Of a stretch of DNA of 64,000 nt, positions 21,848-31,128 are shown piece after piece. The position numbers were made by a program, and so were the translations under genes. Within the stretch, counting starts at the first letter, position 1, and each line of letters opens with the position of its first letter. The notes below the pieces were generated by a model. That model saw only the letters and a list, made by a program, of their open reading frames with translations. It was not told the DNA's origin and searched no databases. Source of the DNA: Candidatus Latescibacterota bacterium. GTDB taxonomy: Bacteria > Latescibacterota > UBA2968. The stretch lies in the NCBI GenBank assembly GCA_965222605.1, contig OZ244960.1:2016001-2080000 (forward strand), given 5' to 3'.

Positions 21848-22339
21848 ATGGATACACACATCAGAGTCAGTACAAAAGCTCTCATTCTTCGAGACAACGC
21901 TATTCTACTCGTGGAATACGATGACGAATCGGGGCTTCATTACAACATGCCAGGAGGCGGTGTCGAGCCGGATGAGACTCTGGAAGAGGGACTTAAAAGA
22001 GAGGTACAAGAAGAGACTTGCGCCGAGGTCGAAGTCGGTCAGCCACTCATCATTACGGAATACGAGCCAAAGAGAAATGCATTCTGGGGAGGAACGCTTC
22101 ACTCACTCACAGTGATCTTCGAGTGCAGGCTCACAGGTGATACAGAACCCCGGATGCCGCAAATCCCGGACCCCAATCAGACAGCGGTCAAATGGATTCC
22201 CCTCGTTGATCTCGAAAAAGTGGAATTACTTCCACACGTTACAGATCACATTCTGGCCTACGCGAACATACAGGGGAATCACTACCCAATTTATCTCTGT
22301 GAACCCATCAACCCCGACAAAGTGCAGAAATACCTTTGA
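21848..22339 (+). CDS. NUDIX hydrolase
   Basis: PGGGVEPDETLEEGLKREVQEET. Confidence 0.9.
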   Translation: MDTHIRVSTKALILRDNAILLVEYDDESGLHYNMPGGGVEPDETLEEGLKREVQEETCAEVEVGQPLIITEYEPKRNAFWGGTLHSLTVIFECRLTGDTEPRMPQIPDPNQTAVKWIPLVDLEKVELLPHVTDHILAYANIQGNHYPIYLCEPINPDKVQKYL

Positions 22340-22410
22340 TGTCCTCATAAAAACAAAAGAACGGTTTAGACTATGGCAAAATTTGAAGAATCCCGATGGG
22401 GCGAAACAGA

Positions 22411-22676
22411 ATGAACCGTCCCCATGTGCAAATCGAATCTGAGAACAAAATCTCTACGCTCCTGCACCACCTCGAAAAGATGCTGCCCAAATTTGAAGCA
22501 TTGCCTGGTGTCGTAGGCTTAACGTGGAGATCCATTCTATCCAATTTGTAAACTTGAGGACGATCAACTGATTTTTGATCCCCAGGCGTTTCTCACAATT
22601 GATGAAGACGATATGCATGATTGGCACTATGAAGTCCTGAGGGCTGTGAAAAAAAATCTCAAGAATGATTTCTAAA
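22411..22676 (+). pseudogene. Internally deleted gene, probably a nucleotidyltransferase
   Basis: MNRPHVQIESENKISTLLHHLEKMLPKFEALPGVVGLT stops where a catalytic motif is expected; a C-terminus-like DPFYPICK...DWHYEVLRAVK* follows in another frame. Confidence 0.5.
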
Positions 22677-23612
22677 CCACTTGATCGCAATTCGACATGG
22701 CACGGCTTGATAGACGGGAAAATGCCCCCTTTTCCCGCGGCAGTTGTGCTGGATGTCCTCACTCGTTTTGAGATTAAGAATCCAGCCAAGTTAGAAGCAT
22801 GGCCTTTCGGCCCATTTGACATTCTAACTGCCTTTGAATATCGCAATACTCCCTATCTCTTAAAGGGTCGTCATGTCGAACAACGAGGCGTCAAGTCACT
22901 GTTTCAAACACAGGACATACAAAAGCAACTCCTTCAACTGGGCTTTCCCGTATCAGACCTCCTGGCTAATTCCTCCGGCGAAACTCTGGTAGAAGGCCCC
23001 GACTGGCAGGACGAAGGAAACATCTTCTATGAAATTCAGTCCATTCTTTCCGGAGTGCCATTCTCTCCTGATACGCACACAGCTTCCTTAGCAGGAAAAT
23101 TGCTCGGACAACTCCATTTCCTCGGACAGGAAATTCATTCAGATCTCCTGAGCAAGTTTTACTACATTGATACGTTCGTAGATAGATTTCTCAATCAGCT
23201 ACAGGCATTTCTTCAAGATGATAGGAATTTGCAACGTGGGGAAAGCCAGGAAATCAAAGACTCTATATCGCGATTATCGGATGCTTCGACACGTTCTTCG
23301 CTTACGCATCGCTTGACACATGGCGACTTTACACCCGATAATCTTCTGATGAATCAGAGTGAACTTTTCTTGATCGATAATGACGAACTTGGATTTGGCG
23401 CGGCGGCGGTCGATGTTGCGTGGGGACTAACCTATCTATTTGGTCTGAACATCGGATTGGGACAAATCTTCCTGAATGAATACAGAAAGCACGTCCCCGA
23501 ATTTGCCGAAAACGATCTTCTGGCTGTTAAAGACTATCTACTCGCCTTAAACATACAAGCGTACAATGTGTCAGAACTGTTAGATATCCTGCATACATTA
23601 CTCTCTATTTAA
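22665..23612 (+). CDS. APH/homoserine kinase type II-like phosphotransferase
   Basis: Brenner motif THGDFTPDNLL; LID.DE. Confidence 0.85.
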   Translation: MISKPLDRNSTWHGLIDGKMPPFPAAVVLDVLTRFEIKNPAKLEAWPFGPFDILTAFEYRNTPYLLKGRHVEQRGVKSLFQTQDIQKQLLQLGFPVSDLLANSSGETLVEGPDWQDEGNIFYEIQSILSGVPFSPDTHTASLAGKLLGQLHFLGQEIHSDLLSKFYYIDTFVDRFLNQLQAFLQDDRNLQRGESQEIKDSISRLSDASTRSSLTHRLTHGDFTPDNLLMNQSELFLIDNDELGFGAAAVDVAWGLTYLFGLNIGLGQIFLNEYRKHVPEFAENDLLAVKDYLLALNIQAYNVSELLDILHTLLSI

Positions 23613-23760
23613 CTAATAGCCCGTAAGTTCCATCGGCTTTAACGATGGGGCGCATGGCGGAGGGCTTACGAATCCCTGCTTTCGCAGTGGGCATATCGCT
23701 CAAGGCGATATGGATGCGGTGCGCCAACCAGATTCTTCCTCTATTCCCACGAAAAATGAC

Positions 23761-23789
23761 TTGACATAATATGTTCATAAATATATATT
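23761..23789 (+). promoter_or_regulatory. Sigma-70 promoter of tnpB
   Basis: TTGACA-17 bp-TATATT, ending 6 nt before the ATG. Confidence 0.75.
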
Positions 23790-23795
23790 TTTCTT

Positions 23796-24914
23796 ATGCT
23801 TAAGGCCATTAAATACAGGTTGCGCCCAACGAAAAAGCAAGAGAAAGTCCTACTGGCGCACATTGAAGAATGTCGCTTGCTGTATAACCAACTTGTCTGT
23901 GCAAGAGTGCAAGCATGGGAGAAAAAGAAAGAAAGTTTGTCGCGCTATGAGCAACAGGCGACATTGCCAATGCTGAAGCAACAGCGTATATCTTTTTCTC
24001 TTGTATACTCTCAAGTTCTTCAGCAAGTATGCCAGAGAGTAGATTGGGCGTTCAAAGGATTTTTCCGCCGTCTCAAAGAGAGGGCAAAGAAGGGCGAGAA
24101 AGCTGGCTTTCCCAGATACAAGGGTCAGAATCGCTATGATTCTATCACCTATCCTCAGTTTTCCAACGGATGCCGACTGGACGAGAAGGGCTTGCGATTG
24201 GGTAAGATAGGCTGTATTCGTGTTGTGCAACACAGACATCTTGAAGGAGTGCCCAAATCTTGCACAGTCACACGCACGGCTACTGGTAAGTGGTTCGTGT
24301 CTATCTCTTGCGATATTGGTAGTGTGCCAGAAAAACGGGATGATGGCTCTGCCATAGGCATTGACGTTGGCATTGAAAAGTTCGCCGTGTTTTCTGACGA
24401 GACAAAGGTCGCTAATCCTCGCTTTTTTCAAAAAGAGGAAAAGGCTCTTGCCAGAGCACAACGCAAGTGGGACAAAGTTAAAAAAGTGCCGCCAAAAAGA
24501 CGCGAGAGAGCACGTAAGGTTGTTGCCAGAGTGCATGAGCGTATCCGTAATAAGCGACACAATTTTGTGCATCAAGCGTCTCGAAAGATCGTGAATAAAT
24601 ACGGCTTTGTTGCCGTAGAGAAGTTGAAAGTTAAAGCGATGCAAAAGCGTCGCGGTTTGTCTAAGAGTATTTCCGACGTGGCGTGGTCACTGTTTCGGCA
24701 TTGTCTCGGATACAAAGCGGAAGAGGCTGGTATTGGATTCAAGGCCGTAAATCCTAACTATACGTCGCAAGACTGTTCAGCTTGCGGACATAGACAGAAG
24801 AAAGAACTTTCTGATCGTGTGCATCAGTGTAGGCAATGTGGTTATACCACAGACAGAGACCACAATGCTGCGATAAACATATTGACTTTGGGATTACAAA
24901 GTCAGGTGGATTGA
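23796..24914 (+). CDS. tnpB: RNA-guided endonuclease TnpB
   Basis: KAIKYRLRPT N-terminus; RuvC GIDVG / VAVEKL / DRDHNAAINI; Zn finger CSAC...CRQC. Confidence 0.95.
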   Translation: MLKAIKYRLRPTKKQEKVLLAHIEECRLLYNQLVCARVQAWEKKKESLSRYEQQATLPMLKQQRISFSLVYSQVLQQVCQRVDWAFKGFFRRLKERAKKGEKAGFPRYKGQNRYDSITYPQFSNGCRLDEKGLRLGKIGCIRVVQHRHLEGVPKSCTVTRTATGKWFVSISCDIGSVPEKRDDGSAIGIDVGIEKFAVFSDETKVANPRFFQKEEKALARAQRKWDKVKKVPPKRRERARKVVARVHERIRNKRHNFVHQASRKIVNKYGFVAVEKLKVKAMQKRRGLSKSISDVAWSLFRHCLGYKAEEAGIGFKAVNPNYTSQDCSACGHRQKKELSDRVHQCRQCGYTTDRDHNAAINILTLGLQSQVD

Positions 24915-24976
24915 CCGCCAAGAAGCCCAACTGCTTTAGCGTTGGGAGTAATCACTTTTAGAACTGAGGACATACC

Positions 24977-25216
24977 ATGCCAAACTTAGACCGCATTGAA
25001 ATCAATCCCAAGGTGATGATGGGAAAACCCGTGGTGAGGGGGACGCGCATTCCAGTGGACCTGATTTTGAGAAAACTGGGGGAAGGAGCGTCAGAAGACG
25101 ATTTGCTTGACGCTTATCCCCGGCTCACATTAGAAGATATACGCGCTGCATTGCATTATGCAGCCGCTACACTTGCCCATGAAGAAACGGTTTTTGTAAC
25201 ACCCGTGAGATCGTGA
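24977..25216 (+). CDS. DUF433 antitoxin
   Basis: INPKVMMGKPVVRGTRIPV...YPRLTLEDIRAALHYA. Confidence 0.92.
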   Translation: MPNLDRIEINPKVMMGKPVVRGTRIPVDLILRKLGEGASEDDLLDAYPRLTLEDIRAALHYAAATLAHEETVFVTPVRS

Positions 25217-25220
25217 TCTG

Positions 25221-25580
25221 ATAAATTTTCTCGCCGATGAAAGTTGTGATTTTGCTGTGGTAAGAGCATTGCGGAATGAAGGATATAATGTAATAGCTGT
25301 AGCAGAAGTGACACCCGCAGCAGATGATGAAGATATTATTGGCCTTGCTTACAGTGAGGCCAAAATTCTTTTGACAGAAGACAAAGATTTTGGACGACTG
25401 GTTTATGCCCATGCACATCCTTCAGGTGGCGTAATCTTAATCCGTTTCCCTTCAAATATCCGTCGCACCTTGCCCAAAGTTATTTTGGATTTGGTGCGCG
25501 ATATGAAACAGCGATTAGTGGGTTGTTTTGTTGTCGTTGAACCCGGGCATATTCGTATCAACAGGAGTACTGTTGAATAA
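25221..25580 (+). pseudogene. DUF5615 PIN-like toxin lacking a canonical start (ATA)
   Basis: ATA-NFLADESCDFAVVRALR...LLTEDKDFG; in-frame TGA at 25206; the next start (GTG 25257) skips FLADE. Confidence 0.7.
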
Positions 25581-25636
25581 GGAGCAAGTCATTTGAAAGC
25601 AGTTGGTAAGTTTCAAATAGGGGTGTTTTATGTTAT

Positions 25637-25822
25637 ATGTTGAATGAATCACCATATAGAAAACCGAATCATGGCATGATCACTGGCCTTGCCGACAAAT
25701 ACTTTGTCGATGTCAAACAGTTGGTGATGGTTGGAGATACAGAAATTGACCAGCAGGCGGCTCAAAATGCCGATATTGGTCGTTTCATTTGGGCCAGGGA
25801 CTTCTTTGAAAGACAAGACTGA
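25637..25822 (+). pseudogene. C-terminal fragment of a HAD-IIIA (GmhB-like) phosphatase
   Basis: RKPNHGM...MVGDTEIDQQAA; the N-terminal DxD motif is missing. Confidence 0.7.
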
Positions 25823-25847
25823 ACTCCTGATGAGAGGAAAAACAAAC

Positions 25848-26006
25848 ATGTGGACGCCGGTTGAGACTCAATTTTACGCCAAACAGAACCCCATTGGCAT
25901 AATAAACATCGGAGACTTTCAAAAAGCTCATACAATCCGAACATTTGCTGAAGAGCTAAACCTGGCAGTCAGATTCTATGGAATCGGAACACCGGGTGAT
26001 TTATAG
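25848..26006 (+). pseudogene. Truncated copy of the 39739-40326 gene
   Basis: MWTPVETQF...IGTPGD is near-identical to 39739, then jumps to ATAGGTCTCAT. Confidence 0.88.
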
Positions 26007-26529
26007 GTCTCATTGCAAACCGCGAAAATATTAACCGAATGTCCCCTACCGAGAAATCATGGATACGATACCCCGCATAGTCAGGATAGAAGCCGATGAT
26101 TCTTACTCTGCCGGCGTCCGACTGGGCGAGAGTCTCGGCCATAGTTTTGGGGCCTACCTTGAAGATTACCTTGCTGCCCGAATTCTGGCAGCGAAGAACT
26201 GTACTAAGTCCTCGGAAACTCATGCTGTAGCGTGGATCAATGCTCTACCCCAGCATATATGTGACAGGTTTCGGGGCCTCTCCAAAGGAAGCGGGATCCC
26301 GTTCGAGCGCATAGCAAACTGGGGTTATCTGGAGATTGCGCTCAGTCAGGGCTGTAGCAGTATCATCTGTCGGTCCAAAGGCAAAATCTGGATTGGTCAC
26401 AACAACGATACCTTTGTACCCGAGCTATGGGGATACATCACCGTCCTGGCGATCAAGGGCCGCATCCCAACCATGTATTTCGGGCTTGCGGGAGATATCT
26501 GGGCGACCGCTGGATTCAATAAGGCGAAG

Positions 26530-27996
26530 GACGATGTGCCTATCTTAGTTGAAATAGTAGAGGCTCCAATGTAAATTGGATACAGCAAATTCACCGCAGA
26601 AAACGCTGTGTCCTCAACCAAAGGAGCCCGTGATGAAAAAAGTATCGCACAACGCCCCCAAAGTCAAGGCCATCCACAAAGACGATGCAACGCCAGAGAC
26701 CCCCCTTGAAGAAGAACTGGGCGCACTGGATACACGCATCGCGTTGATCCAGGCCTTGATCCCATTAGGATTAGACGCCGTGGCAGAAGAATTGCAAGAA
26801 GAAGTGACCCGCTTGGCAGGTCACAGATACACACGCAAAGACACCCAAAACCCCAATCGTCGGTGGGGCAGTCAACAAGGCTCGGTGTATCTAAGCGATC
26901 AGAAAGTGCCCATACCTGTTCCCAGGGTACGTAATGTCGTGACCGAGGAGGAAGTCTCCTTACAGACCTATCATCATCTTCAGCGTCCCCGACATATGGA
27001 TGAAGGGCTGCTCCTTCGTATGATAAAAGGCATTGCCACACGCGCTTATCAAGCCTGTGCTGAGGCGATACCCGAAGCCTTTGGGCTCTCCTCATCTACC
27101 GTATCGAGACGCTTTATCAAGGCGTCGGCACAAAAGTTGAAGCAGTTTCAAAATCGGTCTTTAGCACAGTATGACCTCGTCGCCCTGTTTATAGATGGCA
27201 AGACCTTTGCAGACGAGGAGATGATCATTGCCCTTGGCGTGACCATAAAAGGAGACAAAATCCCACTCGGCTTTATCCAGGCCGCCACCGAGAACGAGCG
27301 CGTCTGTCGGCAGTTTATACGGTCTCTCCTAAAGCGTGATCTGGTCTATCACAAGGGCCTGCTGTGTCTTATTGACGGCTCGAAAGGCTTGTATGCTGCC
27401 CTTACAAAGGCACTTTCTGGCTATGTGGTTATTCAACGTAAAGAGTGGCACAAACGCGAGAACGTCACTTCCTATCTGCCCAAAGGCAAACAAGATGAGA
27501 TCAAAAAGGCCCTCCAAAATGCCTACGATCTGCCCACCTATCGGGAAGCTAAAGCTGCTCTTGATGCCCTTAAACCTGAATTGACTTTGATCAACGAAGA
27601 CGCGACAAAAAGCCTTGAAGAAGGTCTTGAAGAAACCCTGAGCTTACATCGCTTGGGACTCATGCCGCAGTTGAAGCAGTCCTTTCGTACTACCAACTGC
27701 ATTGAGTCCCTTAACTCAATGGTGGCACAAATCACCAGGGATGGTGTACAACGTGTCGCTTTCCAGACACGTTCATGTGAAGCGATGGACAAACTCGAAT
27801 CAACGCACACGCTGGTTGGCCACTGCGCTGTTGGATATTGAACCGCGCTTGCGAAGGGTTAAAGGCTTCCGAAGCCTGCCCACGCTCAGGCGCGCGCTTC
27901 AAAAGGACTTGAAGATAGATACGGACTGGCAAGACGCGCTTGCTGCTGATTGAAACCACCGGCCTCGATTATTTCAACTAAAAATAGGACTTGACC
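26530..27996 (+). mobile_element. IS256-family insertion sequence
   Basis: 35-bp imperfect terminal IRs (core TTAGTTGAAATA.T.GAGGC); 8-bp TSD AGGCGAAG at 26522-26529 and 27997-28004. Confidence 0.92.
26633..27953 (+). pseudogene. IS256 (Mutator-type) DDE transposase, frameshifted
   Basis: FIDGK, LIDGSKGL, RTTNCIESLN; a 34-bp insertion at 27744-27777 shifts the VKRW...RWLATALL tail; QRKEWH replaces the usual CxxH. Confidence 0.85.
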
Positions 27997-28658
27997 AGGC
28001 GAAGCTCTAGCTGCACGTTGACCACTTGCGGGTGACCGATAGGCCAGATAACGGCAAAGTCATTCTACCGACGTATGGCTTCATCGTTGAAGCTCTGGAG
28101 ACGTGTGAAACCATTGATGATGTGCAGGATCTCCTGAACGAAATTGACAGAACAGAAGGTATGATCCTGATCGCTGCGGATGGCAAAACAGATGAAGCAG
28201 CCATCTTTGAATGCTCATGTTCCAAATGGAGACTGGAGAGAGTCAAAACGGATTGGGCCGTGAGAACAAACCACGCCATGATAGGACGAGGGAGCAAAAA
28301 GACAGGAAAGCGACCACTCGACACCTGGAGCAGATACAATCGCCTGGCGCAACTTCTCGAAAACACCTGCAATAGCGGCGGGGACCCAACACCATCGGAC
28401 TTGAAGACATATCTCGCCGACGACGGAGTGGAGCGAAGAAGCGAGGCGTTCGCAACCGCATATTCAGTCGTGGTATGCCCCGCTACCAGCCGGATTGAGT
28501 TCACACTGGGCGGACAACCAGCGGCCAGTTGTGGGAACTGGTCGCATATTGCGTGGCTCTGGCACTAAGAGCTTGCTGGAGATTTGTCAACCAAAACGGG
28601 TCAAGTCCAATCAGTTTATAGCGTCGTAGTACTAAAGAAAAAAAAGAAAGGCTACATA

Positions 28659-31058
28659 ATGATCGGTAGATATTTTGTCATTACTTTAAGGCGAACATTC
28701 AGAGATAAAACCTTCTCTTTGATCAATTTAATAGGACTTTCTATTAGCATGGCAAGCGTAATACTCATTATGGTATTTATGTTTAATGAGTTGACCTTCG
28801 ACACCTTCCATAAAAACTCTGATCGCATATTCAGAGTGTTGAGAGAAACTGAATCCTTAGCAGGAGCACCCCAGATTTCACCAGGGACCTCAGGCCTGTT
28901 GGGGCAGAGTTTAGTGGCAGATATTCCTGAAATTGAGAAAGTTACTCGTTTTTTTAGAATTAGCAAAAACTGGGCAACCAACGAAGAGAAGGGATTTTTT
29001 GTAGAATTTTGTGCTGTTGATCAAGAATTTTTGCAGATATTTTCTTTTCCTTTCAAGATTGGCGATCCAACAACCGCATTGAAAGACAAATTCTCTGTCG
29101 TTATAACAGAAGAAACGGCAGAAAAATTTTTCCCCAATGAAAATCCCATTGGTAAAACAATCTCTGTTGATGGCAGGTATTTTGGCGGAGATTATTTTGT
29201 CTCTGGCGTTGTAAAAGATATACCGCAAAACTCCTCTCTGCATTTTGACATATTGACATCTACTGTTCACAATGAAATACCATTGACCGCCTGGGAGAGA
29301 TGGCAACCAAATACATCCTGGCGACCAATCCAGACATTTGTCATGTTGTCTGATGCTGCGTCTCTGAAAAACATAGATACCAAACTTCAGAACCTTTTAA
29401 ATCGTTATATGGGACCTGATGTAAGTGAACGCAATCGATATATTCTCCAACCTCTGGAAAGAATGTATTTATACTCTAACCTTGAATATGGAATTAGAAG
29501 CGGTGGGGACATTACATACGTCTATATTTTTTCGGCAATCGCAATATTTATCGTACTTATTGCCAGCTTTAACTTTGTAAATCTATCTATAGCGCGATCT
29601 TCTGCCAGACTAAAAGAAATTGGCGTGAGAAAAACCGTCGGTGCCCATAAGAGTAGCCTCATTTTTCAATTTATAGCCGAAGCTGTTTTTACGGCATTTT
29701 GTTCTTCTCTTCTGGCCTTTTGTATTGTAGAAATCTCTCTTCCTTATCTGGATAGCTACATAAATCAAGAAGCCAAATTGGAATTCAGCGGACATCTATT
29801 ATTTTTTATAACATTTCTTACAGCCCTTGCTATAGGTACCATATCCGGACTTTACCCTGCGCTTTTCCTGGCATCTTTTCATCCCGTCCAAATACTAAGA
29901 CGTGAACTCCAGTTTAATAACTCTGGAAAATGGCTGAGAAATGGCTCTTTAATTTTTCAATTTGCTGCTTCTGTTGTACTTATCATCAGTACGATTGTCG
30001 TTTATGAACAAATGGCGTTTATTCAAAACAAGGCGTTGGGATTTGATAAAGAGCATATTGTCGTATTACCTCTTTTTACGACTGACCGCTCTCTAAATGA
30101 GCGATATCGAGTTATTAAGCAGGAATTTTTGAAACACCCCAATGTGATCTCTGCATCTGCATCCAATTCTACTATCGCCTGGTTTGGTGGTGCATTCCAT
30201 ACTGTCTATCCCGAAGGTTTTCAAGGTAGCGAATGGCAGATGAGAATATTGGGTGTTGACGAAGACTTTATAGATTTGTATGGGATAACACTGTCAAAAG
30301 GCCGGAACTTTTCAGCGGAGATCCCAGGTGATGCGACAGAAGCTTATATCTTAAATGAAACAGCAGTTGAGCAACTTGGGTGGCAAAATCCGATAGGAAA
30401 ACAGTTCGAATGGGTATATTGGAAGCGAAAGGGCGTTGTGATTGGTATTGTTGAGAATTTTCATAACCGATCTCTCAAAGAACCCATCAGGCCAATTGCT
30501 TTATGTATGTGGCAGCCCAAGTACAATCTTCTTTCTCTAAAAATTAGGGGTGAAAATATCAAAGATACAATGGCTTTTTTGGAGGATCAATGGAGCCGAT
30601 TTATTCCCGACAAACCATTCGAAGCCGCCTTTTTAGATGAACACCTGAACCAGCTATATCAAAATGACATTAAGTTCGGGCGTATATTTGGTGTATTTGC
30701 ATTGCTTGCCATTTTTATCGCCTGTTTGGGCATGTTGGGCATGGTATCTTATGCTTTAGAAAGAAGAACAAAAGAGATTGGAATTCGAAAAATTTTGGGC
30801 GCTTCGGCCTGGCACATTATTGTCCTGATTTTCTCCGAGTTTTTCGGAATCCTTGTTGTTGCTAATTTATTTGCGTGGTTAATTGCATTTCTTTTGATGG
30901 ATAATTGGTTGCTTTCATTTGCTTACAGGATTGAACTGTCACCTCATACTTTTGCCCTGGGAACGCTATTTGCAATTGCAATTACTTTTGCAACTGTAGC
31001 CTGGCATTTGATACAGGCCGCCTCAAAAAATCCCATTGACGAAATAAGATATGAATAG
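28659..31058 (+). CDS. ABC permease, duplicated MacB_PCD/FtsX (#5)
   Basis: IASFNFVNL, RLKEIGVRK, RTKEIGIRKILGA, NPIDEIRYE. Confidence 0.93.
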   Translation: MIGRYFVITLRRTFRDKTFSLINLIGLSISMASVILIMVFMFNELTFDTFHKNSDRIFRVLRETESLAGAPQISPGTSGLLGQSLVADIPEIEKVTRFFRISKNWATNEEKGFFVEFCAVDQEFLQIFSFPFKIGDPTTALKDKFSVVITEETAEKFFPNENPIGKTISVDGRYFGGDYFVSGVVKDIPQNSSLHFDILTSTVHNEIPLTAWERWQPNTSWRPIQTFVMLSDAASLKNIDTKLQNLLNRYMGPDVSERNRYILQPLERMYLYSNLEYGIRSGGDITYVYIFSAIAIFIVLIASFNFVNLSIARSSARLKEIGVRKTVGAHKSSLIFQFIAEAVFTAFCSSLLAFCIVEISLPYLDSYINQEAKLEFSGHLLFFITFLTALAIGTISGLYPALFLASFHPVQILRRELQFNNSGKWLRNGSLIFQFAASVVLIISTIVVYEQMAFIQNKALGFDKEHIVVLPLFTTDRSLNERYRVIKQEFLKHPNVISASASNSTIAWFGGAFHTVYPEGFQGSEWQMRILGVDEDFIDLYGITLSKGRNFSAEIPGDATEAYILNETAVEQLGWQNPIGKQFEWVYWKRKGVVIGIVENFHNRSLKEPIRPIALCMWQPKYNLLSLKIRGENIKDTMAFLEDQWSRFIPDKPFEAAFLDEHLNQLYQNDIKFGRIFGVFALLAIFIACLGMLGMVSYALERRTKEIGIRKILGASAWHIIVLIFSEFFGILVVANLFAWLIAFLLMDNWLLSFAYRIELSPHTFALGTLFAIAITFATVAWHLIQAASKNPIDEIRYE

Positions 31059-31128
31059 ACATGGAATCAAGGGAAACGACATAATGGGGTTGGTTTGACT
31101 GTCCTTTTTAAAACGCGGAGGGGCATTA

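Larger units (their letters stand above)
23613..24955 (+). mobile_element. IS200/IS605-family TnpB-only (IS1341-like) element
   Basis: Left hairpin CCATCGGCTTTAACGATGG; right end AGAAGCCCAACTGCTTTAGCGTTGGGAGTAATCAC; no tnpA; left boundary after TTTAA is inferred. Confidence 0.85.
26059..28568 (+). pseudogene. C45-family Ntn hydrolase/acyltransferase interrupted by IS256
   Basis: GCSSII, GHNND, RTNH motifs; removing the IS restores the frame GFNKAKL*LHVDHLRVTD, with one premature TAG. Confidence 0.82.

Noticed and set aside
23613-24955. IStron (group I intron-TnpB hybrid)
   Set aside because: The insertion appears intergenic, the left region is short, and I could not recognise a group I core.
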